Positions 7,969 through 16,262 are shown, numbered from the stretch's first letter. The stretch is DNA of 21,026 nt from Myxococcota bacterium (GCA_036337435.1 JAYZEG010000012.1:1-21026); one strand, 5' to 3'. Notes: generated from the letters alone by a model not told the origin. Numbers and translations: made by a program.

Positions 7969-9993
7969 GTGGCTCTCGACAAGAACAAAGCCATCGCCTC
8001 GGCGCAAAAATACCTCCAACGAGGACAGATCGATAAGGCGATCAAAGAATATGAGAGTATCGTTGACGCTGACCCAGGCGACGTACGGGTCTGGTTGAAA
8101 ATCGGTGATCTACACAGCCGAAACGGTAAAGTGGCCCTCGCGGTCAACACGTACAAGAAAGTCGCAGAAACCTACAGAGGCAAGGGATTTTTTCTCAAAG
8201 CTGTCGCCGTATACAAAAAGGTGCTGGATGTCGATCCGACCCTGACCGAGGTGTATCGTACGCTCGGCGACGTTTATATAAAGCTTAATTTGCCGTCTGA
8301 AGCATTGGCCCAATATCGACTCGTGGTCGGCAGTTATGAACGGGACGGCCGTTCAGCCGATGCAATGATTTTGCTCGAACACATGGTTGAACTGGTGCCG
8401 GAAGATGAGTCTAACCATCTTCGCTTGGCCGAGGCACATGCTAAAAACTGTAATGACCAACCTGCCATCGAACACTTTGAATTTGTCCTGGGTCGAATGC
8501 GTTCCCAAAACCGGCACGCTGAGTTCATCAAGGTTGCTGAGCGACTGCTCTATTTGTATCCCGAACAGATTGCGAGCGGTCGACACCTTGCACAGGCTTA
8601 CTTGGCCACATCAAATTCAAAGCGTGCTCTGGCTTGGCTCCAGAGACTTTTTAAACTGGATCCCACAGACACTCGAACTCTCGCATTGCTCGCGGAAACG
8701 TTTCGAGAAATTGGCCGTAATGAAAAAGCAGCTGCGGTTTATCGAGAGTTAGTCCGAATCTATTCACAAAATGGAGAGACCAATAAGCAGCAACAAGCAT
8801 TGCAACGCCTTGTGGATGTGGCACCCAACGACAGCGCGGCCCGTGATGCCCTTGCACATATCTCCAGCGAAAACGAGGGATATACGGCAGGGCAATCGAG
8901 CATATTAGGTACAGACGCAAATTTTGAACCGGTCTTGTCTACGGAGGAGCGGGTTAATTTATGCTTGGCCGACGTTGACCTTCTCTTGAAGTATCAGCTA
9001 CCGGACCATGCACGCCAGCGCATTGATGTGGCGATTGGACTCGATTCGAAGAACCCCGCTGTTTATTTGAAATTAAAAGATCTCTGTCTACTGCGAAACG
9101 AGAGTGATGCGGCTGCTGAGGCTTTGGTGAAAGCCGCTCAACTGTCCAGTGAGGCAGACTCGAGCCGAGCCGAATCATATCTACGTGAGGCACTCAGCCT
9201 CGCTCCTGAGCATGCTCTGGCGTCTGAGCTACTCTCTGGCATCGGGCAGGTAGGAGGCCCCTCAGCTGACTTAGACAACTCCGAACTGACAAGTTCAGCC
9301 GCTCCGCCGATGGACGCTGCAGAGCCCTCGGAGGACTTGTCGATGGATTTCGATATTGACCTGAACCTGGATGACCTCAGCCTAGATGACTTTTCAGACC
9401 TATCGGACGACTCCAGTGAATTCGAACTGTCTCTGGATGGCTTCGAGCTTGAAGAATTGGGCTTCGAAGTACAAAGCGACGGGCTCGCAGAAGCCCCCGA
9501 TGACGATGAATTTGCGGATCTTCTGGCCGATGATGGAGCTGAAGACATGCTCCTAGATGACTCGTCGATGCATGGGCCCAATGCGGGTGCAATCATAACA
9601 CCACCGATGCCTAATGAGAGGACGACCGACGATGGGCCCAAATCCTCACAGACCTTGATTCCAAATTATGAACCCGATGTCTTATCGGAAACAGCCACCC
9701 AAACGGCTGATTTTGGCGACGGATTTGGTGATGGTCTACTGGATATAACGATGGACCATGCGATACCGGATATCGATCTCAAACAGGATGATGCAACATC
9801 AGAGCATGATGTACTCGACCTAAGCGAGTTTGACGACCTTGATGACATCAACCAGGCCGCGCTCGATGTACTGGCTGACTCTGATTTGAGTGGTGATTTC
9901 GGTGATCTATTGGTCGACACCCCAAACACCGAACTGCCAACTGCTCAACCGATTAGAACAGGTGATGTACCCAAGTCTGGCGACGATCATTAG
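7969..9993 (+). CDS. TPR-repeat protein, SgmX-like, with long acidic C-terminal tail
   Basis: Tandem TPR patterns over the first ~425 aa (KAIKEYESIVDADPGD, KAVAVYKKVLDVDPT, LFKLDPTD). N-terminus DKNKAIASAQK resembles M. xanthus SgmX as recalled, and the gene lies downstream of pilQ/mglC/efp. The last ~245 aa are D/E/L/S-rich. GTG start with AGGA upstream. Confidence 0.8.
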   Translation: MALDKNKAIASAQKYLQRGQIDKAIKEYESIVDADPGDVRVWLKIGDLHSRNGKVALAVNTYKKVAETYRGKGFFLKAVAVYKKVLDVDPTLTEVYRTLGDVYIKLNLPSEALAQYRLVVGSYERDGRSADAMILLEHMVELVPEDESNHLRLAEAHAKNCNDQPAIEHFEFVLGRMRSQNRHAEFIKVAERLLYLYPEQIASGRHLAQAYLATSNSKRALAWLQRLFKLDPTDTRTLALLAETFREIGRNEKAAAVYRELVRIYSQNGETNKQQQALQRLVDVAPNDSAARDALAHISSENEGYTAGQSSILGTDANFEPVLSTEERVNLCLADVDLLLKYQLPDHARQRIDVAIGLDSKNPAVYLKLKDLCLLRNESDAAAEALVKAAQLSSEADSSRAESYLREALSLAPEHALASELLSGIGQVGGPSADLDNSELTSSAAPPMDAAEPSEDLSMDFDIDLNLDDLSLDDFSDLSDDSSEFELSLDGFELEELGFEVQSDGLAEAPDDDEFADLLADDGAEDMLLDDSSMHGPNAGAIITPPMPNERTTDDGPKSSQTLIPNYEPDVLSETATQTADFGDGFGDGLLDITMDHAIPDIDLKQDDATSEHDVLDLSEFDDLDDINQAALDVLADSDLSGDFGDLLVDTPNTELPTAQPIRTGDVPKSGDDH

Positions 9994-10011
9994 ACGTGTT
10001 CATGAGTGGAT

Positions 10012-10040
10012 TTGACATCCCTGCCCGGAGACGATAAATC
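10012..10040 (+). promoter_or_regulatory. Putative promoter of tRNA-Gly
   Basis: Perfect TTGACA (10012-10017), 17-nt spacer, imperfect -10 TAAATC, 10 nt before the tRNA. Confidence 0.5.
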
Positions 10041-10050
10041 GACAAGTGAT

Positions 10051-10122
<72 letters not shown>

Positions 10123-10124
10123 CA

Positions 10125-10156
10125 ATAAGCCGCCGTTATGGCGGCTTATCTATTTG
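10125..10156 (+). terminator. Intrinsic terminator hairpin after the tRNA
   Basis: ATAAGCCGCC-GTTAT-GGCGGCTTAT, a perfect 10-bp stem, followed by CTATTT. Confidence 0.75.
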
Positions 10157-10355
10157 ATCCCCGCCCAGGTCTATCCTCTTATGAAACGACCGGACTACCA
10201 GATAAAAGACCGGCGAGAATCATAATTCCAATCCATGCGACAATTAATGCTGACGAAGTAACTCTGCCCATCGGATACACCTTTAGCGGGTCGATGTATC
10301 CCATGACGCCTCATCATCGCGTCATCTCACAGAGTAGAGTGATAAAACCATCTAA

Positions 10356-10793
10356 CTAGCCTGTATAAATGGCACTATTCTTATCATTTTCCCGAACCTC
10401 GAGGGAGACGAGCCAGACCCGATCCTGGGTCACATTTTTGACCCAGCTGTCTAGCCAGTTGAAGACGAATTCAGCCGTCCCTTCCATTCCAACATCCGCA
10501 AAAGTGACAAGCTTACAAGCTCCTTTTTCTGCGAGCTGCCGAAACTCGGGCAGTAAAGGGTCATCGTCATCAAGTAGAAGTGTGTGGTCAAAGTGGTCAT
10601 CGAGCCATGCCTTGACTGGCTTCAAAGCACCAAAGTCCATTACAAAGCCGTTCTCGGTTCGCTGTTCACACGCAAACCAAGCGATGAACTCTCGGCTGTA
10701 GCCGTGAATGTGCGCGCAATGACCATCATGACGCCAACGTCGGTGTGAACACGGATAGTTTCGAAACGTCTTCGAGGAACGAAAAGTAGCCAA
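10356..10793 (-). CDS. queD: 6-carboxytetrahydropterin synthase (QueD/PTPS family), H-G-Y variant
   Basis: SHR...CAHIHGY, GFVMDFGALK, FDHTLL, GMEGTAE and VRENDKNSA motifs. Adjacent to queC and queE. TTG start. Confidence 0.88.
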   Translation of the reverse strand: MATFRSSKTFRNYPCSHRRWRHDGHCAHIHGYSREFIAWFACEQRTENGFVMDFGALKPVKAWLDDHFDHTLLLDDDDPLLPEFRQLAEKGACKLVTFADVGMEGTAEFVFNWLDSWVKNVTQDRVWLVSLEVRENDKNSAIYTG

Positions 10794-10837
10794 TTAAACA
10801 ATCCCATTCGCTGCGTAAAGCATTTGATGTACCCAGT

Positions 10838-10878
10838 GTTGACTAAACAGTCAACTCGATGTTGACAACTGGGACAAA
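10838..10878. promoter_or_regulatory. Candidate operator and overlapping divergent promoters of queD and queC
   Basis: Perfect palindrome GTTGACT-AAAC-AGTCAAC (10838-10855) and a degenerate copy GTTGACA-ACTG-GGACAAA (10861-10878). Half-sites contain TTGACT on both strands and TTGACA (10862-10867). Confidence 0.6.
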
Positions 10879-10924
10879 AATAATCAGTATTCCCTCCGCA
10901 AAAGCGTCTAAAAGGAACAGTGGC

Positions 10925-11614
10925 ATGCCGAAAGCTTTGATTTTGTCGAGTGGTGGACTTGATTCGACCACTTGTTTAGCGATGGCCATCGACCAGGGGT
11001 ATGACCCGATTACCCTGACCTTTGATTATGGCCAGCGCCATCGAATCGAATTGGCAGCAGCCAAAGACGTCGCAGACTACTATGGTGTAAAACAGCACTT
11101 TATTGCCGATGTGGGCCTGTTTCGTGACATAGGTCAATCAGCACTGACCGATGATATCGATGTCCCAAAAAATTTAAGCGTAGATGACCTCGCTGACGAC
11201 ATACCCGTAACCTATGTTCCGGCTCGTAATTTGGTTTTCCTGTCGATGGCAACCGGTGTCGCAGAAACACAGGGGGCCAGCGACATTTTTATCGGGGTCA
11301 ATGCCCTCGACTACAGTGGGTATCCCGATTGCCGGCCGGAATTTATAACCGCTTTTAGCGCAGCAGCGAATCTCGCAACGAAATCAGGTACGAATGGGAT
11401 TTCGGTTAAGATACAAACACCGCTCATTAACCTGACCAAGGCCGAGATTATTAAATCAGGTCATGCATTAGGTGCGCCTTACCACCTCACTCATAGTTGC
11501 TATGCGCCCACGACCGATAATCTGTCATGTGGTCAGTGTGATTCGTGTCTTCTCCGTCTCAAGGGATTTGCCGACGCATCCCTAACGGACCCCATTTCAT
11601 ACGCTGGCGTTTGA
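10925..11614 (+). CDS. queC: 7-cyano-7-deazaguanine synthase
   Basis: Preferred start ATG 10925 (AGGAA upstream). SGGLDS, FDYGQRH, TYVPARN, GYPDCRPEF and the Zn site SCY...CGQCDSC. Confidence 0.97.
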   Translation: MPKALILSSGGLDSTTCLAMAIDQGYDPITLTFDYGQRHRIELAAAKDVADYYGVKQHFIADVGLFRDIGQSALTDDIDVPKNLSVDDLADDIPVTYVPARNLVFLSMATGVAETQGASDIFIGVNALDYSGYPDCRPEFITAFSAAANLATKSGTNGISVKIQTPLINLTKAEIIKSGHALGAPYHLTHSCYAPTTDNLSCGQCDSCLLRLKGFADASLTDPISYAGV

Positions 11615-11615
11615 C

Positions 11616-12260
11616 ATGGGTTACAAAGTAAAAGAGCTGTTCTACACCCTACAGGGCGAAGGCGCACAGGCGGGTCGAGCCGCTATATTTTGTCGTTTTA
11701 CGGGGTGCAATCTCTGGACAGGTCGCGAAGCGGACCGCGCAATGGCAGTCTGCAAATTTTGTGATACAGATTTTTTGGGTACGGACGGTGTTGGGGGCGG
11801 GCGGTTTAAGTCGAGTTCCATGCTTGCAGCTCAAATAGAGTTCGAGTGGACGAACAACACGAAGCCCGGTACCGGGAAACCCTTTGTTGTCTTCACTGGC
11901 GGAGAACCCGCTCTTCAACTTGATGAAGAGCTCATCCAAGAATGCCAAAGACGCGGTTTCGAGGTTGCCATCGAAACCAATGGCACGCTTCCAATTCCCT
12001 CCTCCATTGATTGGATTTGTGTCAGTCCAAAGGCGGCTGAACCATTGGCGATCACCACTGGCCATGAACTAAAACTGGTATACCCACAAGTGGAAATCGA
12101 GCCAAGCCAATTTGAAAATCTCGATTTCGACCACTTTTATATCCAGCCCATGGATGGGCCAAATGCAAAGGAGAATACGGTTAACGCCGTCGCATTTTGT
12201 CAACGGAACCCGACCTGGAAGCTCTCCATTCAAATGCATAAGCTCGTAGGAATTCCATGA
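11616..12260 (+). CDS. queE: 7-carboxy-7-deazaguanine synthase (radical SAM, CX14CX2C type)
   Basis: ELFYTLQGEG, C-NLWTGREADRAMAV-C-KF-C-DTDF, TGGEPALQ, IETNGT, VSPK, and C-terminal QMHK. Confidence 0.96.
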   Translation: MGYKVKELFYTLQGEGAQAGRAAIFCRFTGCNLWTGREADRAMAVCKFCDTDFLGTDGVGGGRFKSSSMLAAQIEFEWTNNTKPGTGKPFVVFTGGEPALQLDEELIQECQRRGFEVAIETNGTLPIPSSIDWICVSPKAAEPLAITTGHELKLVYPQVEIEPSQFENLDFDHFYIQPMDGPNAKENTVNAVAFCQRNPTWKLSIQMHKLVGIP

Positions 12261-13399
12261 AACACGATAGAATTGAATCGGCCGTGTCGTTACCAGACCA
12301 TGCCAGCGAATATGATGGACGCCAACTCCCCATCGATCGGGTTGGAATCCGAGGACTTAAATACCCCATCACAGTTCTCGACAAAGACCATAAGACGCAA
12401 CACACCGTCGCAGAGCTTGGCTTGTTCGTAGGACTACCTGCCCAGTTTAAGGGCACACACATGAGCCGTTTTATCGAGGTTCTGAACACGGTTAGGGGTG
12501 AGTTAACTATTCGCAATCTGCCTATGGTTTTAAGCCAAATACAGGAGCGCCTCAATTCAGAGGATGCCTTCCTGGAAGCAAGTTTTCCGTACTTTATTGA
12601 GAAGGAGGCTCCAGTCAGTAAGGCGAAGTCTCTGATGGAGTATTCATGCTACTTCTCGGCATCGGCACGGGGTGCACGGACGTCATTTAAGCTGGGTGTG
12701 AGAGTGCCTGTCAAAAGTCTTTGTCCGTGTTCAAAGGCCATCAGCGAACGCGGTGCCCATAATCAGAGAAGCATCGTTGACGTACAAGTCGCGTCAAGCG
12801 GATTTGTCTGGATCGAGGATGTGGTCCATGCCGTGGAGTCCTGTGCGTCATCACCTGTCTACGCGCTTCTAAAAAGGTCCGATGAGAAATTTGTGACCGA
12901 GGAGGCATATGACAATCCAAAGTTTGTCGAAGATTTGGTACGGGACGTTGTCATTTCGATTCGCTCACTCGACTCAATCACATATGTGAAGGTCAGTGCT
13001 GAAAACTTTGAATCTATCCACAACCATGAAGCATATGCGGAAATTGAATGGTCTGCTGGTGACAATCAGCTTGAACCTGATGCCTCGCAAATCATGTCAA
13101 AAACGAAACAATCTCCGTTTTCTTTCGGGCGTTGGCTGAAGCAACAGCGCAAAGAGCGACATTTGAGCCAATCTGACCTCGCACTCCATCTCGGCGTAAC
13201 CGCTTCGTTTCTGTCGAGGATCGAGAGTGATGAAAGACAGCCATCTGCAGAGCATTTAGAGCTGATGGCCACACTACTTGGGTTGCCGGCAGAGACCATG
13301 ATGCTGAGAGCTGGTGTGGTTCCCGATCATATTCTGCAGCGCGTACAAGCCCACCCTGAACGATTGAAACAACTCTATTGGGGAAATTCCATCTCGTAA
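12257..13399 (+). CDS. folE2: GTP cyclohydrolase IB (FolE2) fused to a C-terminal XRE/Cro-C1 HTH domain
   Basis: aa 1-265: IDRVGI, KGTHMSRF, SLCPCSKAIS, GAHNQRS, KRSDEKFVTE, NPKFVEDLVR, ESIHNHEA. aa ~288-365: FGRWLKQQRKERHLSQSDLALHLGVTASFLSRIESDERQPS...LATLLG-like HTH. One continuous frame. Confidence 0.93.
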   Translation: MKHDRIESAVSLPDHASEYDGRQLPIDRVGIRGLKYPITVLDKDHKTQHTVAELGLFVGLPAQFKGTHMSRFIEVLNTVRGELTIRNLPMVLSQIQERLNSEDAFLEASFPYFIEKEAPVSKAKSLMEYSCYFSASARGARTSFKLGVRVPVKSLCPCSKAISERGAHNQRSIVDVQVASSGFVWIEDVVHAVESCASSPVYALLKRSDEKFVTEEAYDNPKFVEDLVRDVVISIRSLDSITYVKVSAENFESIHNHEAYAEIEWSAGDNQLEPDASQIMSKTKQSPFSFGRWLKQQRKERHLSQSDLALHLGVTASFLSRIESDERQPSAEHLELMATLLGLPAETMMLRAGVVPDHILQRVQAHPERLKQLYWGNSIS

Positions 13400-13518
13400 G
13401 ACCAATAGCGACAACATGTTTCCATGACAATTAGCTGACAGCCATCCATTGGCATTTTGACGTTCTCATGTGAGCGAAAGGGGTCCTACCATGCGCTTTT
13501 GAGGCTGCACAGACCGAT

Positions 13519-13534
13519 TGGCATAGCACTTGCT
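13519..13534 (+). promoter_or_regulatory. Sigma54 (-24/-12) promoter
   Basis: TGGCAT-AGCAC-TTGCT with exact GG-N10-GC spacing. Intergenic, 52 nt before ATG 13587. Confidence 0.8.
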
Positions 13535-13586
13535 GACTCATGACGACCAGGGACCGAAAAAGTCCGATTGAGAACCTGGAGTCGAT

Positions 13587-14510
13587 ATGAGACGTCACAG
13601 TATGAGAACCGCCGAGTCGCTACCTCCTGCGCTGCCGCCATTACTGCAGATGTGTAGAGAGGCACGATCGATCAATGAGCTACTCGAAACGATTCAACGA
13701 CCACTTTTCGACACATTGAATGTCGAGGCAATCAGCCTAGCAATCGTTGGGGAACCGACCATTTACGTGACCTCGATCAAACCCTTGTCGACGACATTCA
13801 AAGCGCAGATCATGGGCCATAAGACTCGATGTCTGCCAAGCTTGTCGAGCGATCAAAACACCAACCAATCAAGTCAGAATATTCAGCAGCTTGGTGTTGT
13901 GATTAACCCTAAACCAATGGGGGATTTTGTCCGTATCGCTTGGACCGGAGCCTTAGAGAGCCAAGGTCATCTGCTGGCTGTCGTGACATTCTACAGTGAT
14001 GAAGCGCGAACATTATCGGATAAACAAGTCAATCTTTTGAGGCAAATTCGTGCCTGTATGGCCGATGTCCTACTTAGGGTCGGCCAAACTGGAAATGACG
14101 CACTTGACGAGCATAAAACCGAAGAATCATCAGCTGACCTTATGCTCATCAAGCTGGTCGATGATAGCCGAGTCATTGACCCGGCTGACCGCATGACACA
14201 AGAGTGGGTTCGCGCGGTATTGGTCCGAATGCTAACAGAGCAAATTGGACCGCAAGTCCAAACATGGACCATGGGTCCAAACATGATCGCGGTGCTAACC
14301 GATGACCTTTCGGGTGGACAGCGGCCACTTTGGATCGAACGGCTAGCGACGTTGGAGTCCCTTATCAATCAACGCCTGGGCCTCGAATTTAGATTTAAAG
14401 CGAACTTTGCAGATCCCATCGATCACGTCCAGACCATCGAGTCGCCTGGGATTCTCATTCCAAAGCCGCCAAAAACGTCGGTTGTGGAACGAGATGCGAA
14501 GGCCATCTGA
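13587..14510 (+). CDS. Hypothetical protein; possible GAF-like N-terminal and degenerate GGDEF-like C-terminal domains
   Basis: GGAG RBS. ALESQGHLLAVVTFYSDEARTLSDKQVNLLRQI resembles a GAF C-terminus. ADLMLIKL...TWTMGPNMIAVL follows GGDEF-like spacing but has no catalytic motif. Domain calls are tentative. Confidence 0.6.
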   Translation: MRRHSMRTAESLPPALPPLLQMCREARSINELLETIQRPLFDTLNVEAISLAIVGEPTIYVTSIKPLSTTFKAQIMGHKTRCLPSLSSDQNTNQSSQNIQQLGVVINPKPMGDFVRIAWTGALESQGHLLAVVTFYSDEARTLSDKQVNLLRQIRACMADVLLRVGQTGNDALDEHKTEESSADLMLIKLVDDSRVIDPADRMTQEWVRAVLVRMLTEQIGPQVQTWTMGPNMIAVLTDDLSGGQRPLWIERLATLESLINQRLGLEFRFKANFADPIDHVQTIESPGILIPKPPKTSVVERDAKAI

Positions 14511-14576
14511 CCGCTAGTTTCTACACTCCTTTTATCGGGCTATTTCCCCCACTCCCCCGCTGTGCAAGCCCGGTAC

Positions 14577-14609
14577 TGCGCCACCATTTATTGGGGGCGC
14601 ACCTTTTTT
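14577..14609 (+). terminator. Intrinsic terminator
   Basis: TGCGCC-A-CCA...TGG-G-GGCGCA stem followed by CCTTTTTT. Confidence 0.6.
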
Positions 14610-14724
14610 CTGTGCTGAAAATAAGTCATCTATTGTGAATTCAGAGCAAGAACCCATTGAATCTGGAACAGGCGCACGTTTATCGTGGTTACGTAAAGCA
14701 ACCGTCAAGAGGTTAGGGAAAGCG

Positions 14725-16002
14725 TTGGAACTTCTCACGAATATTGTTGCGGGCATTTTGGGCGGGCTCATCTTGAACATCATGCCCTGTGTCTTGCCGG
14801 TGCTTGCTTTCAAGGTACAAGGCTGGGTTATGCAAAGCAGCGTGAGTGCCTCGGCTCGCAGGAAAGATGCACTCGCATTTACAGCCGGCGCTGTTCTGAC
14901 GTTCATTGGATTTGCAGCATTGGTCATCTCAATCCGCGCCGCCGGAGAACCGCTGGGTTGGGGCATTCAGATGCAAAGTTCTGGATTTGTCGCCTTTCTG
15001 GTGGCCCTCTTATTTGCCTTCGGGCTCAATGCGGTTGGTGTTTTTGAAATCTCTTTCTCTATGGGCGCAGGTCAGTCTGGTCATGGTCTTTGGGGCTCTT
15101 TCAGTCATGGCGCGCTGATTACGTTAGTCTCTACACCGTGCTCAGCCCCGATTCTAGGGGGTGCCACGGCTGCCGCCCTTGCCAAAGACGCAACCTGGTA
15201 TGAGACCGTGGTTCTATTCTCGAGTATTGGACTGGGCTTGTCTTTGCCGGTCTTAGCCGTCGGTTTTATCCCGGGCGCGATCAAGGTTTTTCCGAAACCC
15301 GGTAATTGGATGAACACATTTAAGCTCTTAGTCGGTTTCACTCTTTTCGGTGCAGCCGTGTTCTATTACGGCACTTTGCAGGAGCAATTGACGACGATAT
15401 CAGCCAACGATTTTCTTTGGTTCTTGTTGGCTCTATCCATTTCATTGTGGTGGTTTGAACAAGTACGAACAAGCCAGACTCAGGGTTTTAAACGTTTCGC
15501 GAATTTACTTTTGGTTCCACTCCTCATCGGTTCGAGCGCCTATGCATTCCTGAGCCTCGAAGAACGCAGTTCATCGCCCATTATAGAATCCGAACCCTCC
15601 GTGACAGACGTCAGTGACCCTGCACAGATCACGTGGCAGTTGTACACCGAGGCGAAGCATGAACAAGCACGAAAGCGACAACAGCCCATTCTTGTCGACT
15701 TCACCGCATCGTGGTGTGTTAACTGTAAGGCCTTTAAGAAGACTCACCTTGAGGTTGATGACGTCAAGCGCGTCTTGGCTAAAACTGGAATTCAGCCGCT
15801 TACAGTCGATCTCACCAAAGATGATTCCCTTTGGAAACTTCTTGATAAGCTCGGGCGAAACGGCATTCCGGTCTACGTGATCTACATGCCGGACGGCTCT
15901 TTTGATCTCTTTCCAGAAGGGCCTCCCTTGGATCTAATCGCTCGCCTCGAAGCCGCCGGAAAAAAGTTCCCAAAAGCAAAGTTCAAGGGGCTTAAAAATT
16001 AA
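14725..16002 (+). CDS. DsbD-family thiol:disulfide interchange protein (TM domain + thioredoxin, no N-terminal alpha domain)
   Basis: GGLILNIMPCVLPVL, STPCSAP, PKPGNWM, multiple TM helices, and C-terminal VDFTASWCVNCK and GIPVYV. TTG 14725 with AGGGA upstream is preferred over GTG 14635. Confidence 0.88.
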   Translation: MELLTNIVAGILGGLILNIMPCVLPVLAFKVQGWVMQSSVSASARRKDALAFTAGAVLTFIGFAALVISIRAAGEPLGWGIQMQSSGFVAFLVALLFAFGLNAVGVFEISFSMGAGQSGHGLWGSFSHGALITLVSTPCSAPILGGATAAALAKDATWYETVVLFSSIGLGLSLPVLAVGFIPGAIKVFPKPGNWMNTFKLLVGFTLFGAAVFYYGTLQEQLTTISANDFLWFLLALSISLWWFEQVRTSQTQGFKRFANLLLVPLLIGSSAYAFLSLEERSSSPIIESEPSVTDVSDPAQITWQLYTEAKHEQARKRQQPILVDFTASWCVNCKAFKKTHLEVDDVKRVLAKTGIQPLTVDLTKDDSLWKLLDKLGRNGIPVYVIYMPDGSFDLFPEGPPLDLIARLEAAGKKFPKAKFKGLKN

Positions 16003-16090
16003 TCACGTCCGCGTCGACGATAGCCGGCCCCCCTTCTTTGTATGAGCGGCCCAGCATAATCACAGCCCAACCCGTCGAAAAGCAGGTATC

Positions 16091-16126
16091 AAAATGGTCT
16101 CTGTACATGCATTAGAGACCGTTTTT
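16091..16126. terminator. Probable bidirectional terminator between convergent genes
   Basis: AAAATGGTCTCT-N11-AGAGACCGTTTTT: a stem with one G-U pair, flanked by A and T runs. Confidence 0.65.
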
Positions 16127-16163
16127 GGTTGTAAAAAAAAGCATCCGCTCAAAAACGGGCGTT

Positions 16164-16260
16164 AAAATCGACCAAAAATGGTGAATCAATCACCAAAACC
16201 ACCAATAATGATCATCTAAAAATCGACCGAAATTGGTCACATTTTGTTCAAAACCACCAA
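16164..16260. repeat. Imperfect tandem repeat with 55-bp period
   Basis: AAAATCGACC at 16164 and 16219; CAAAACCACCAA at 16194 and 16249. Confidence 0.75.
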
Positions 16261-16262
16261 AA

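Noticed and set aside
10138..10359. 73-aa ORF after the tRNA
   Set aside because: Starts inside the terminator hairpin, with no RBS or recognisable motif.
10794..10924. preQ1 riboswitch upstream of queC or queD
   Set aside because: No recognisable preQ1 stem-loop plus A-rich tail and no expression-platform terminator. The symmetry looks like a DNA operator.
16164..16260. Mini CRISPR array
   Set aside because: Only two imperfect units with split conserved blocks, and no cas genes.
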